Shown piece after piece: positions 28,716-38,655 of a stretch of DNA of 64,000 bases; position 1 is the stretch's first letter; each line of letters begins with the position of its first letter. Made by a program: the position numbers and the translations under genes. The notes below the pieces were generated by a model. That model did not search any database. It was not told the origin of the DNA and saw only the letters and a list, made by a program, of their open reading frames with translations. This DNA is from a bacterium (GTDB taxonomy: Bacteria; Hydrothermota; 32-111), in the NCBI GenBank assembly GCA_050239825.1, contig JBFXGO010000001.1, positions 73,478-137,477 of the forward strand, given 5' to 3'.

Positions 28716-28796
28716 TGCCGGGGAAGGGACTTGAACCCTTACGGGAATCCCACACGCCCCTTAAACGTGCGCGTCTGCCAGTTTCGCCACCCCGGC
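28716..28796 (-). tRNA. tRNA-Leu, anticodon AAG
   Basis: GCCGGGGTGGCGAAACTGGCAGACGCG-CACGT-TTAAGGG-GCGTG-TGGGATTCCCGTAAGGGTTCAAGTCCCTTCCCCGGCA; long variable arm; CCA not encoded. Confidence 0.9.
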
Positions 28797-28808
28797 ATGT
28801 AAAAGAAG

Positions 28809-28881
<73 letters not shown>

Positions 28882-28892
28882 GTGAATTGAAT

Positions 28893-28920
28893 ATAATACA
28901 TATTACCGAAAAAAAGTCAA
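28893..28920 (-). promoter_or_regulatory. Sigma-70 promoter of the tRNA-Phe/Leu pair
   Basis: Minus-strand TTGACT-N16-TATTAT ending about 11 nt upstream of tRNA-Phe. Confidence 0.5.
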
Positions 28921-29072
28921 GAGGAAACAAAAAAAAGAAACAGATTGTTCGTCAAAAACAAAACTTTTTTGTTTTGCTGTTTTCTCTTCATGTCGGCTTT
29001 TTCTTAATTAGGTATTGAAATAATTATAATAATTATTATAATATAAAACTCAAATTACAAATTGGAGGTCTT

Positions 29073-30161
29073 GTGATAAAGAAAACCGCATTTTTCGATA
29101 TGCATGTTCAGAACAAAGGCAAGATAGTACCCTTTGCCGGTTTTGAAATGCCGGTTCAGTTCAAGGGCGTCATTGATGAGATAAAAAGAGTGCGCTCAAC
29201 AGTGGGAGTCTTCGATGTATCCCACATGGGGGAATTCATAGTGACAGGAGAGAGAAGGAAGGAGTTTGTTGATTATATCACCACCAACTCTGTCGCCTCT
29301 ATGGAGGACCATCAGGTTCAGTATTCAAACTTTCTCTATGAGAACGGAGGAATAGTCGACGACCTTCTTGTCTACAACCTTAAGGATAAGATAATGCTTG
29401 TGGTGAATGCATCAAACTGCGAGAAAGATTTCGATTGGGTCATGAAAAACAGGTGGGATGATGTCATTGTCGAAAATATTTCCGACAAAATTTCACAACT
29501 GGCGGTTCAGGGTCCGGTCGCTGAAAAGGTTATTCAAAAACTAACGGACTATCCGCTTGAAAAGATGCCCTTCTACTACTGCGCCGAAACAAAGGTGTGC
29601 GGAATTGAAATGGTCATATCCCGCACCGGATACACGGGAGAGGACGGGTTTGAGCTTTACTTCTACAATGAAAACGCAAAGAAGATGTGGGACGAAATAT
29701 TCAGCGCAGGCAAAGAGTTTGACATAGAGCCGATAGGACTGGCGGCGCGCGACACTCTGCGCCTTGAAATGAGGTATATGCTCTACGGGAATGATATAAA
29801 CCAGGATACAACTCCCCTTGAAGCAGGCACAGGCTGGGCTGTCAAAATGGAGAAGGGCAAATTCATAGGAAGGGATGCTCTGATAAGGCAAAAGGAAGAT
29901 GGCCTCAAGAGAAAGCTTGTTTGTTTTGAAATGCTTGATAAGGCTATACCGAGGCACGGATACGAAATATTTGCAGAAGACAAAAAAGTGGGAGAGGTGA
30001 CAAGCGGAAACTTCTCACCTTCCACCGATAAATACATAGGTCTGGGGTATGTCGATTCACCTTACAACAAACCCGGGCAGGATCTATTCATAGAGATTAG
30101 AGGAAAGAAAAAAGCAGTGGTTGTAAAACCGCCTTTCTATAAAAATGCAACACACAAATAA
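29073..30161 (+). CDS. gcvT: Glycine cleavage system aminomethyltransferase T
   Basis: FAGFEMPVQF, FDVSHMG, SRTGYTGEDGFE and GLAARDTLRLE motifs. Confidence 0.97.
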   Translation: MIKKTAFFDMHVQNKGKIVPFAGFEMPVQFKGVIDEIKRVRSTVGVFDVSHMGEFIVTGERRKEFVDYITTNSVASMEDHQVQYSNFLYENGGIVDDLLVYNLKDKIMLVVNASNCEKDFDWVMKNRWDDVIVENISDKISQLAVQGPVAEKVIQKLTDYPLEKMPFYYCAETKVCGIEMVISRTGYTGEDGFELYFYNENAKKMWDEIFSAGKEFDIEPIGLAARDTLRLEMRYMLYGNDINQDTTPLEAGTGWAVKMEKGKFIGRDALIRQKEDGLKRKLVCFEMLDKAIPRHGYEIFAEDKKVGEVTSGNFSPSTDKYIGLGYVDSPYNKPGQDLFIEIRGKKKAVVVKPPFYKNATHK

Positions 30162-30177
30162 CAAATGAGGAGGAACA

Positions 30178-30567
30178 ATGAATACGCCCAATAATCTTAA
30201 ATACACAAAAACCCACGAATGGGTTAAAATAGAGAATGACACGGCAATTGAGGGAATAACCGATTTTGCCCAGTCGGAGCTTTCCGACATAGCATTTGTA
30301 GAGTTTCCTGAAAAGGGAAGAAAAATCGCGCAGGGTGATGTTATAGGAACGATAGAGGCGGTAAAGGCTGTCTCAGACCTTGTAGCGGCTGTATCAGGAG
30401 AGATAATCGAAGTCAACGAAGCTCTGAAAAGCTCCCCGGATAAGATAAACACAAGCGCATTTGAAGAGGGCTGGATAGTCAAAATCAAGATTTCAAATCC
30501 TGATGATGTGAAAAAGCTGATGAACGCCGATGAGTATGCCAAGCATTGCGAAACAAGCCACCACTGA
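30178..30567 (+). CDS. gcvH: Glycine cleavage system H protein
   Basis: YTKTHEW, GITDFAQ and the lipoyl-Lys motif IEAVKAVSD. Confidence 0.96.
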   Translation: MNTPNNLKYTKTHEWVKIENDTAIEGITDFAQSELSDIAFVEFPEKGRKIAQGDVIGTIEAVKAVSDLVAAVSGEIIEVNEALKSSPDKINTSAFEEGWIVKIKISNPDDVKKLMNADEYAKHCETSHH

Positions 30568-30574
30568 GGGAAAA

Positions 30575-31909
30575 ATGAAATATATTCCGGCAAATGAGGC
30601 AGAGAAAGAGAGACTATTAAAAGAAATTGGAGTTTCTTCTTTTGAGAAACTTATAGATTACATTCCGAAGAGTGTGCGCGAGTGCTGTCTTAACCTTGAA
30701 AACGGGAAAAGCGAACATGAACTTTTGAGGGAGTTCAAAAAACTTGCAGACCAAAATATCACAACCGATGACAAAATCTCTTTTATGGGATGCGGCATAT
30801 ACGACCACTATATTCCGCCGGTGATAAAGCATATAATCTCTCGTCCGGAGTTTTACACAGCGTATACTCCATACCAGCCGGAGGTATCGCAGGGCACCCT
30901 GCAATCAATCTATGAATACCAATCGATGGCCTGTGAACTCTTCTCTATGGAGATAGCAAATGCTTCAATGTATGACGGAGCAACCGCAACAGCAGAAGCC
31001 TGTCACATGGCAATGTCTATCAAAAACAAACACAGGGTTCTTTTAAGCGACGGTCTTCATCCTGTCATAAAAGAGGTAATACACACCTATCTGAAAGGTC
31101 AAAATATTGAATGCGAGAGCGTGAATCTTAAAGACGGGGCTCTTGATATTGAAGATCTTAAAAATAAAGCTGGAGATGCCTATGCGGCATTCGTACTTCA
31201 GACACCCAACTTTTTTGGAGTCATAGAGGACGGAGAAGCGATAGGAAGCATAGTGAAAGAGAAGGGAATGATGTATATAGTAAACCAGAATCCCATGTCT
31301 CTTCCTATACTTAAACCGGCTGGAAAGATGGGAGCAGACATTGCAGTGGGAGAGGCGCAGGTCTTTGGAATAAGCCAGTCATACGGCGGACCGCTTCTTG
31401 GAATGTTTACTTCAAAGAAAGAGTTTTCAAGGAGCATGCCGGGAAGAATAATCGCCAGAACAGTCGATAAAAACCAAAAGCAGGGCTTTGTGATGACTCT
31501 TCAGACAAGAGAACAGCACATCAGAAGAGAGAAGGCAACATCCAATATATGCACAAATGAGGGGCTATGCATGCTTATGGCGACAGTATATCTGGAATCA
31601 ATGGGAAAAGCAGGTTTAAAGCAGGTTGCGGCAGATTCACTTCTATCAGCTCATTATCTTGCGGAACAATTGTCGAAAACAAAGGCAGAGCTTCTTCATC
31701 CCTCTCAGGAATTTTTCAATGAGTTTGCAATCAGATTAGACAATCTTGATGAAGTCTACGGGAAGATGAAAGAGAGAGGTTTTTTAATGGGCGTCAAGCT
31801 CGAAAGGTTTTCGAAGGACTACAAGAACATTCTGCTTATTGCTTCCACTGAGACTAAGAGCAAAGACGACATAGACAGTTTCATTAAAAATATGAAAGAG
31901 GTAATATGA
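30575..31909 (+). CDS. gcvPA: Glycine dehydrogenase (decarboxylating) subunit 1
   Basis: EFYTAYTPYQPEVSQGTLQ, NASMYDGATA and LQTREQHIRREKATSNICTN motifs. Confidence 0.96.
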   Translation: MKYIPANEAEKERLLKEIGVSSFEKLIDYIPKSVRECCLNLENGKSEHELLREFKKLADQNITTDDKISFMGCGIYDHYIPPVIKHIISRPEFYTAYTPYQPEVSQGTLQSIYEYQSMACELFSMEIANASMYDGATATAEACHMAMSIKNKHRVLLSDGLHPVIKEVIHTYLKGQNIECESVNLKDGALDIEDLKNKAGDAYAAFVLQTPNFFGVIEDGEAIGSIVKEKGMMYIVNQNPMSLPILKPAGKMGADIAVGEAQVFGISQSYGGPLLGMFTSKKEFSRSMPGRIIARTVDKNQKQGFVMTLQTREQHIRREKATSNICTNEGLCMLMATVYLESMGKAGLKQVAADSLLSAHYLAEQLSKTKAELLHPSQEFFNEFAIRLDNLDEVYGKMKERGFLMGVKLERFSKDYKNILLIASTETKSKDDIDSFIKNMKEVI

Positions 31910-32148
31910 TATTTGTTTCAACTCTTGAAATAATTACCGGTAAAACAGATGAGGCGCTTGACCTTGTAAAACATGTTAAGCCGTCGGAAGAAGTCAAGGT
32001 ACTCCATTTCCTGCAGATGTTCGGCAAGCCTGATTTCTTTTTAATATTTGAAGCTCCGAATGAGGAGGTTGCCATGGATTTTGTTTTGAATTTCTCGACA
32101 GCTATGGAATCCTCAACCCAGCTTGGCGTATCGGTAGATGAGCTGTGA
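31906..32148 (+). CDS. Small ferredoxin-like protein (GYD / Lrp ligand-binding-like)
   Basis: 80 aa, translationally coupled on both sides; the FGKPDFFLIFEAPNEE pattern resembles GYD-domain proteins. Confidence 0.55.
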   Translation: MIFVSTLEIITGKTDEALDLVKHVKPSEEVKVLHFLQMFGKPDFFLIFEAPNEEVAMDFVLNFSTAMESSTQLGVSVDEL

Positions 32149-32663
32149 TGGCTAAAGGATACATACACATATATACAGGCAGTGGCAAGGGAAAGACCAC
32201 TGCGGCGTTTGGACTTGCGGTAAGGTCGCTTGGACATTCAAAGAGAGTCGCCGTCATTCAGTTTCTCAAGAACGATGTGAATTACGGAGAAGTTAAGTTC
32301 CTCTCCAACTCTGCGGCGATTTTCCAGTTCGGCTCAAAAAAATTCGTTGACCCGAAGAATCCCACCAAAGACGACATTGATCTTGCGAAAGAGGCGCTTT
32401 TGAAGAGCAGGGAAATTCTTTCTTCAGAGAGTTATGATTTGGTTATTCTGGATGAAATTATTGTTGCCGCATCATTGAAACTGATATCCGAAAATGATGT
32501 GCTTTCACTGATGAAGGGCAAGTCCGAGAGCATTGAGCTTGTTTTGACAGGCAGGGGTGCGACTGAGAGAATGATAAATGAAGCAGACCTTGTCACTGAG
32601 ATGAAGGAGGTTAAGCATTATTTCAAGCAGAAAGTCAATGCGCGGGAAGGAGTTGAATATTGA
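32148..32663 (+). CDS. cobO: Cob(I)yrinic acid a,c-diamide adenosyltransferase
   Basis: IYTGSGKGKTTAAFGLAVR, IQFLK, ILDEI, LVLTGR and ADLVTEMKEVKH motifs. Confidence 0.95.
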   Translation: MAKGYIHIYTGSGKGKTTAAFGLAVRSLGHSKRVAVIQFLKNDVNYGEVKFLSNSAAIFQFGSKKFVDPKNPTKDDIDLAKEALLKSREILSSESYDLVILDEIIVAASLKLISENDVLSLMKGKSESIELVLTGRGATERMINEADLVTEMKEVKHYFKQKVNAREGVEY

Positions 32664-33607
32664 ACCATCAGACTCTGCTTGTTGATTTCAAAGCAGGAAA
32701 AAGGTCTGCCCTCGCGAGAATGATAACTCTTGTCGATAATGAAGAGCATGAAGGTCTTGAATTTTTAAAAGAGAATTACGACAAAAGAAATGATTCTTTC
32801 CGTCTCGGAATCACCGGCCCTCCGGGTGTCGGTAAATCCTCACTTATGAATCATCTTATAGAAAAGTTTGCTCAAAAATATGGAAAAGTAGGGGTTATAG
32901 CAATTGACCCTTCAAGTCCCTTCACCGGAGGCGCGCTTCTTGGAGATAGGCTCAGAATGAACAAACTTTATGATTATGAAAATGTCTTTGTGCGTTCTCT
33001 GGCATCAAGAGGTTCTCTCGGCGGACTCTCTACATCAACCGAAAATGTCGCGCAGGTCATGGAGATTTACGGAATGGATATTGTTTTGATCGAAACAGTT
33101 GGAGTGGGGCAGTCTGAGCTTGATGTGATGGAGATAACAGATGCTGTGGCAGTTGTATTGGTTCCTGAATCCGGAGATTCCATTCAGGCGATGAAGGCCG
33201 GATTGATGGAGATAGGAGACATCTTCATAGTAAATAAATCAGACAGAGAGGGCTCCGACAGGGCTGTTGAATTTATAAAATCATCTCTCTCCTTCAAAAA
33301 AGCAAATGAAGCAAGAGATGTTCCGGTAATAAAAACCAGCTCGCTTAAAGATGAAAACATAGACCTTTTAGTTTCAGAGATAGAGAAGACAAAGGAATAC
33401 CTTACGGAATCGGGAAAGATAACAGAGAAAAGAAAAAACAGAAGAGAGAAAGAGGTAAGGGACCTTATCAGGGATATGTTTATTAAATCTATTGACAAAT
33501 ACATAAAAAATATGGAAAATATAGATGCCTCTCCCTATGAGAAGGCAAAGAGCATTATGGAAAAAACAGGATTAAATATTACGGAGGATTTATGGAAAGA
33601 AAAATAA
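32660..33607 (+). CDS. meaB: Methylmalonyl-CoA mutase-associated GTPase MeaB
   Basis: [40 protein letters not shown] and VNKSD motifs. Confidence 0.95.
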   Translation: MNHQTLLVDFKAGKRSALARMITLVDNEEHEGLEFLKENYDKRNDSFRLGITGPPGVGKSSLMNHLIEKFAQKYGKVGVIAIDPSSPFTGGALLGDRLRMNKLYDYENVFVRSLASRGSLGGLSTSTENVAQVMEIYGMDIVLIETVGVGQSELDVMEITDAVAVVLVPESGDSIQAMKAGLMEIGDIFIVNKSDREGSDRAVEFIKSSLSFKKANEARDVPVIKTSSLKDENIDLLVSEIEKTKEYLTESGKITEKRKNRREKEVRDLIRDMFIKSIDKYIKNMENIDASPYEKAKSIMEKTGLNITEDLWKEK

Positions 33608-34026
33608 GAGTTTTAGTGGCTAAGCCGGGTCTCGACGGGCATGACCGCGGCGCAAAAGTCATTGCGGCCGCCTTGACCGATGCGGGAATGGAGGTTATCT
33701 ATACGGGGCTTCACCAGACTCCGGAGAAGATAGTCAGAACAGCTATTGAAGAGGATGTTGATGTTATAGGCCTCTCGGTTCTTTCCGGAGCCCACATGTC
33801 GATATTTCCCAAAGTGATGGAGCTTCTGAAGAAGGAAGAAAAGAGAGACATTCTTCTCACCGGAGGCGGAATAATTCCGGCAGAGGATATGGAGGCGCTT
33901 CAAAAGATCGGAGTCGGAAAATTGTTCGGTCCCGGTTCGAAGACTCAGGACATTGCCGACTATATAGTCAACTGGCACAGTAAAAACCGAAAAAAGGAGA
34001 ACACAGATGCACCTGCTTCTCAGTGA
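33592..34026 (+). CDS. Acyl-CoA mutase cobalamin-binding small subunit
   Basis: [13 protein letters not shown] (DxHxxG), GLSVLSGAH and GGGIIP motifs. Confidence 0.95.
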   Translation: MERKIRVLVAKPGLDGHDRGAKVIAAALTDAGMEVIYTGLHQTPEKIVRTAIEEDVDVIGLSVLSGAHMSIFPKVMELLKKEEKRDILLTGGGIIPAEDMEALQKIGVGKLFGPGSKTQDIADYIVNWHSKNRKKENTDAPASQ

Positions 34027-35173
34027 AGAATTGATAGAAGTCAAAAAACTTTCCCGTCAGATTGCTGAAGAGAAAGTTAAGCCTGTCAGGGAGGAGTTTG
34101 ATGAGAAGAAGGAATTTCCCTATGAGATAATGAAATACTTGGGAAAATCAGACCTTTTCAGAGTATTTATACCTGAAGAGTATGACGGCATGGGTCTCGG
34201 AATCTCCGGTATGTCAATTGCAACAGAGGAACTTTCGCGCGTCTGCGCGGGTATAGCCCTCGGATATGCAGGCACCGGCCTCGGCACAATGCCGATAATT
34301 TTATTTGGAAGCGAAGAACAGAAGAAGAAGTATCTTCCTCAGATTGCTTCAGGTGAGAAGCTTGCGGCATTCGGCCTAACGGAGGCAAATGCCGGGAGCG
34401 ATGCTTCAAATATCCAGACGATAGCAAAAAAAGACGGTGACTATTTTGTTCTTTCCGGAACCAAGCAGTTCATAACCAATGGCGAGGTTGCTGGAATATA
34501 TACTGTCATTGCAAACACCGACCCTTCAAAGGGGATAAGAGGCCTCTCCGCATTCATAGTTGAAAAGGGAAGAGAGGGATTCACATTCGGAAAGCATGAA
34601 AACAAAATGGGAATAAGGGCATCCGCAACTTCAGAGCTTGTCTTTGACAATTGCAGGGTTCATAAATCAGATATGCTTTCATCTGAGGGGCAGGGATTCA
34701 AGGTTGCAATGAAGACTCTGGAATATTCAAGGCTCGGAGTGGGATCGCAAGCCCTCGGAATAGCACAGGGTGCATTTGAAGAGGCGGTTAAGTACGCCAA
34801 TGAAAGAGTGCAGTTCAATCAGAAGATAATATCCTTCCAGATGATCCAGCAGATGATTGCTGACATGGCAATTGCAATTGAAGCGGGCAGGGCTCTTGCA
34901 TACACAGGAATGAGGTATGTAGACGGAGGCGGAGCAGATGTTGCAAAGATAGGGTCAATGATAAAAACATACTGTTCGGATATGGCGATGAAGGTCACCA
35001 CCGATGCGGTTCAAGTTCTGGGCGGATACGGATACATAAAGGAGTACCCCGTGGAAAAGATGATGCGCGATGCTAAAATCACGCAGATCTATGAGGGGAC
35101 AAACCAGATTCAGAGACTGGTGCTTGCACAGGAGATATTAAAAAAGGGTTGTGAGATAAACGATATGTATTAA
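34007..35173 (+). CDS. Acyl-CoA dehydrogenase (butyryl-CoA dehydrogenase-like)
   Basis: [31 protein letters not shown] and [17 protein letters not shown] motifs. Confidence 0.96.
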   Translation: MHLLLSEELIEVKKLSRQIAEEKVKPVREEFDEKKEFPYEIMKYLGKSDLFRVFIPEEYDGMGLGISGMSIATEELSRVCAGIALGYAGTGLGTMPIILFGSEEQKKKYLPQIASGEKLAAFGLTEANAGSDASNIQTIAKKDGDYFVLSGTKQFITNGEVAGIYTVIANTDPSKGIRGLSAFIVEKGREGFTFGKHENKMGIRASATSELVFDNCRVHKSDMLSSEGQGFKVAMKTLEYSRLGVGSQALGIAQGAFEEAVKYANERVQFNQKIISFQMIQQMIADMAIAIEAGRALAYTGMRYVDGGGADVAKIGSMIKTYCSDMAMKVTTDAVQVLGGYGYIKEYPVEKMMRDAKITQIYEGTNQIQRLVLAQEILKKGCEINDMY

Positions 35174-35185
35174 TTGGAGGTAAAG

Positions 35186-35785
35186 ATGAAAAAGGTTGTT
35201 TCAATGATTGTTTTCGGGGTTATTCTTGTTTTTGCGGGATGCACCCTTCTTCCGTGGGTAAAGGATGCCAACAATATCTATGACTGGTTTAAAAAACCGA
35301 CAGAGGATGTTGTCTATTTATACAGAACCATAACTTATATTGACAATATAAATTTTAGCGATACAGAGAACTACCAGTTGAAATTCACCGATGTGGATGA
35401 AAATGATGATAATATCACAGTTCTTGTCAATGACGACGGCACAAACAGATACCTTGTGGCTGACAGGGATGAGAATATTATATTCTACGGAAGAGACCAG
35501 TACTTCACAGATTATGACGAAGATGAAGTTTATCTTGAAGCGCCGGTCAATCTTGACAACTCATGGCCATGCAAAAAAGAGACAAGGTCTGTTGTTTCAA
35601 TAGACACAACTGTAACTGTTGATGCAGGGACTTTTTCAGATGTGGTGAAGGTCAAGATAATAGAGGAGGATGCCGATTATATAGGATACTACTACTGGTC
35701 TATTTCAAGAGGACTCATATATTATGAAATAACATATGAGGATGGCTCTTATGTTAAGACGGAACTGACAGACATAGACGAGTAA
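35186..35785 (+). CDS. Hypothetical lipoprotein
   Basis: GGAGG RBS, lipobox FAGC, and a TVTVDAGTFSDV..YYWSISRGL beta-rich motif. Confidence 0.7.
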   Translation: MKKVVSMIVFGVILVFAGCTLLPWVKDANNIYDWFKKPTEDVVYLYRTITYIDNINFSDTENYQLKFTDVDENDDNITVLVNDDGTNRYLVADRDENIIFYGRDQYFTDYDEDEVYLEAPVNLDNSWPCKKETRSVVSIDTTVTVDAGTFSDVVKVKIIEEDADYIGYYYWSISRGLIYYEITYEDGSYVKTELTDIDE

Positions 35786-35789
35786 AAAA

Positions 35790-37508
35790 ATGGAACTCTT
35801 CAATATAAGGGACCTGCCTGAAGCTTCGGCAAAAAAATTCGGAAGCAAGATAGCTCTGCAGATAAAATCCGGCTACTCATTCTCATCAGTGACTTACGAA
35901 CAGCTCAACATAAAGACATCACAGCTTGCGGAGTATCTGATGAGCATTGGAATAAAAAAAGGCGACGCCTTTGCTGTATATGGAGAGAACAGGCCGGAAT
36001 GGGCGATAGCATATCTCTCAATAGCCCGCACCGGAGCATACATAATTCCGATAGACTCAATGCTGAAAGAGCAGGAGATAAAACTTATACTCCATTTCAT
36101 AGGAGCAAAGGGAATTATTGTCTCTCCCAGATACAATGATATTATAAGGGAAATAAAAGAGGATCTGCCGGAGCTGAAAAGCGTAATTTCAATGGACGAA
36201 GCAAAACATCCCTATGAAATGCCGTTTAATGAAGCTCTTGAAAAGGGGCGGATTCTCATTGAAAATGGTTCATTGAAGCACAGAGAAGTTAAAATGGAGC
36301 TTGACGACCCTTATGTAATACTCTTCACATCAGGGACCACAGGCCAGTCAAAAGGAGTTATGCTCACCAACAGAAATGTTTCGCATGACATCGTAAAAGC
36401 GACAAAACTCATAGAATTCAGCGAAAGCGACAGATTCATTTCAATGCTACCGCTTCACCACACATTTGAAGCGACAGCGGGTTTTCTCGTGCCTCTCTTT
36501 TCCGGTTGCACAATAACATACGCTCGTTCTTTGAAGCCGGTTGAAATAATTGAGGACATAAAGGATTCCCAGTCAACCATAATGCTGGGTGTGCCCCTCC
36601 TCTTTGAAAAACTAATATTGGGGATAAAGAGAGCGATAAAAGCCTCTCTTGTTAAATCAACGGTTGTGAACGGAATGCTTGCAGTTGAAAAAGGCTCAAA
36701 ATTTCTCTTGGGAGTAAAGCTCGCAGGTCCGATCTTCAAGAGCCTCAGAGACCAGTCGGGATTATCTACAATAAATCTCATGATATCGGGCGGCTCTGCA
36801 TTAAAACCTGAGGTTGCTCAGGCATTTGAGGATTTCGGATTCACTCTCTTTCAGGGTTACGGATTAACCGAGACATCGCCTATTGTAACAATAAATCCGA
36901 GAAATAAATACAAACACGCATCCATAGGGGTGGCTATTGAAGGAGTCGAAGTTGAAATAGATTCTCCAAATGAAAACGGAGAGGGCGAGATAAAGGTTAA
37001 GGGACCAATAGTGATGAAAGGATATTACAATAACAAGACAGCTACGGACGAGGTCATAAAAGACAACTGGTTCTATACAGGAGATGTCGGTTACAAAGAC
37101 AAAGAGGGATATTTCTACATCTCCGGCAGGAAGAAGGCGATAATAGTCACGGAGGCTGGGAAGAATGTCTATCCGGAGGAGCTTGAAGAGAGACTCTGTG
37201 AAAGCAACATGATTGAGGAGGCTCTTGTGCTTCCGGTCATAAACAATCAATCGAAGCGCGAGGAGGTGGGAGCCATAATCTATCCGAATCCGGAGCTTAT
37301 AGAATCGGTGCTGAAGAAAAACATGAGCGAAGAGGAGAATGAAAAAGAGCTGAGACAAATCATTAAAGAGGTCATCAATTCTGTCTCCGAAGAGGTCGCG
37401 GATTACAAGAGAATCAAGCATTTTGAGTTAAGGTATGAAGAGTTTCCAAAGACAACCACAAAAAAGATCAAGCGCTATCTTTTTATCAATAAGCATATTA
37501 ACGGTTAG
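35790..37508 (+). CDS. Long-chain fatty acid-CoA ligase (AMP-binding)
   Basis: FTSGTTGQSKGVML, LPLHHTFE, QGYGLTETSP, FYTGDVG and GKNVYPEELE motifs. Confidence 0.93.
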   Translation: MELFNIRDLPEASAKKFGSKIALQIKSGYSFSSVTYEQLNIKTSQLAEYLMSIGIKKGDAFAVYGENRPEWAIAYLSIARTGAYIIPIDSMLKEQEIKLILHFIGAKGIIVSPRYNDIIREIKEDLPELKSVISMDEAKHPYEMPFNEALEKGRILIENGSLKHREVKMELDDPYVILFTSGTTGQSKGVMLTNRNVSHDIVKATKLIEFSESDRFISMLPLHHTFEATAGFLVPLFSGCTITYARSLKPVEIIEDIKDSQSTIMLGVPLLFEKLILGIKRAIKASLVKSTVVNGMLAVEKGSKFLLGVKLAGPIFKSLRDQSGLSTINLMISGGSALKPEVAQAFEDFGFTLFQGYGLTETSPIVTINPRNKYKHASIGVAIEGVEVEIDSPNENGEGEIKVKGPIVMKGYYNNKTATDEVIKDNWFYTGDVGYKDKEGYFYISGRKKAIIVTEAGKNVYPEELEERLCESNMIEEALVLPVINNQSKREEVGAIIYPNPELIESVLKKNMSEEENEKELRQIIKEVINSVSEEVADYKRIKHFELRYEEFPKTTTKKIKRYLFINKHING

Positions 37509-37929
37509 CCTCTTTTTGTCAGGCTGCGTTTACTCTTTTGTAAAGGGAACAATCTCTATAAAGGAGTATTATTTGGGTTCTATTCAAAACAGTTCGCTCA
37601 ATGCCGAATTACAACCTCTGATTTATGATGCTCTTCAAAAACAGATGCCCCAATATGGCAATATTGAAATTCTTGAAACAGGGGATGCGAAGGACACTCT
37701 ATCTGTTGAAATAAAGGAGTATTCAAGAAAGGAGGATGCCTATGACGGGAAAGGCAACATCCTTTCATACAGGTATTCTTTGTTTGTCGAGTATATTGCC
37801 TCAAATAAAAAAATGCTGGTAAGCTCTATAAAAACATTTGATTCCTCTTTAAGCGAAGAAGAGTGCAAGGATTCCATTGCAAATGAATCTGTAAAAGGAT
37901 TCATAGATAAATTGAGAGGTGATTTTTGA
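37435..37929 (+). CDS. LptE-like lipoprotein (start uncertain)
   Basis: Lipobox LSGC-VYSF; size and beta pattern are consistent with LptE; overlaps the upstream gene. Confidence 0.5.
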   Translation: MKSFQRQPQKRSSAIFLSISILTVSLFLSGCVYSFVKGTISIKEYYLGSIQNSSLNAELQPLIYDALQKQMPQYGNIEILETGDAKDTLSVEIKEYSRKEDAYDGKGNILSYRYSLFVEYIASNKKMLVSSIKTFDSSLSEEECKDSIANESVKGFIDKLRGDF

Positions 37930-38013
37930 ATAAGTGTATGAAAATAAAACACTTGACTTTTAAAAGATTTGTTATAAAATCTAAAAACTGAAATAATAAC
38001 ACAAGGGGGAACA

Positions 38014-38301
38014 ATGACTGTAACCAAAGCTGATGTTATTGACATTATAGCGGAGAAGACAGGAGTAATGAGAAAAGATGTTGAAATGTGCTTTCAGGCA
38101 CTCATTGATGTAATATCTGAAACTCTTGAAAAAAAAGACAGAATTGAGATAAGAGGACTCGGTGTCTTCAAGACAAAAAAGAGAAGCAAGAGAATAGCGC
38201 GCCATCCTAAGACAGGCGCAAAGGTTGAGGTGCCGGAGAGGTATGTGCCTGCATTTAAACCTTCCAAACTTCTAAAAGAAAGAATGGAAAAGGTAAAGTA
38301 A
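38014..38301 (+). CDS. HU/IHF family DNA-binding protein
   Basis: TKADVID, IEIRGLGVF, ARHPKTG and PAFKPSKLLK motifs. Confidence 0.95.
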   Translation: MTVTKADVIDIIAEKTGVMRKDVEMCFQALIDVISETLEKKDRIEIRGLGVFKTKKRSKRIARHPKTGAKVEVPERYVPAFKPSKLLKERMEKVK

Positions 38302-38360
38302 GAAAAATAATAAGGTACCGGGTACTAGGTACTGGGTACTATAAACACAGGAGGTAAAAA

Positions 38361-38450
38361 GTGCCGTGCGGTAGAAAAAGAAAGAGAAAAAAGATAGCGA
38401 CCCACAAGAGGAAGAAGAGAAGAAAAGCAATGCGTCATAAGAAGAAGTAA
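38361..38450 (+). CDS. 29-aa basic AURKAIP1/COX24 (bS22/mS38-like) ribosomal peptide (not in ORF track)
   Basis: AGGAGG RBS and GTG start; MPCGRKRKRKKIATHKRKKRRKAMRHKKK*. Confidence 0.85.
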   Translation: MPCGRKRKRKKIATHKRKKRRKAMRHKKK

Positions 38451-38451
38451 T

Positions 38452-38525
38452 GCACCCGTAGCTCAACTGGACAGAGCGGCGGATTCCGGTTCCGCAGGTT
38501 GAAGGTTCGAATCCTTTCGGGTGTA
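38452..38525 (+). tRNA. tRNA-Arg (CCG)
   Basis: GCACCCGTAGCTCAACTGGACAGAGCG-GCGGA-TTCCGGT-TCCGC-AGGTTGAAGGTTCGAATCCTTTCGGGTGTA. Confidence 0.95.
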
Positions 38526-38655
38526 AAATAAGGTATTGACTTTTTTATAATTCTGTATAATAATATATAAAAAAGAAGGAGGAAAAATTAATAAGAGCGG
38601 TCTTGTTAAAAAATCAGTTTTCAAAGGAAACATGTTAAACCAAATAGGAGGTACA

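Noticed and set aside
28716-28796. Reading the tRNA-Leu anticodon as TAA
   Set aside because: That register breaks the anticodon stem. Only CACGT/GCGTG pairs, which places AAG at positions 34-36.
28921-29072. Glycine riboswitch upstream of gcvT
   Set aside because: The region is AT-rich and promoter-like, with no recognisable glycine aptamer motifs.
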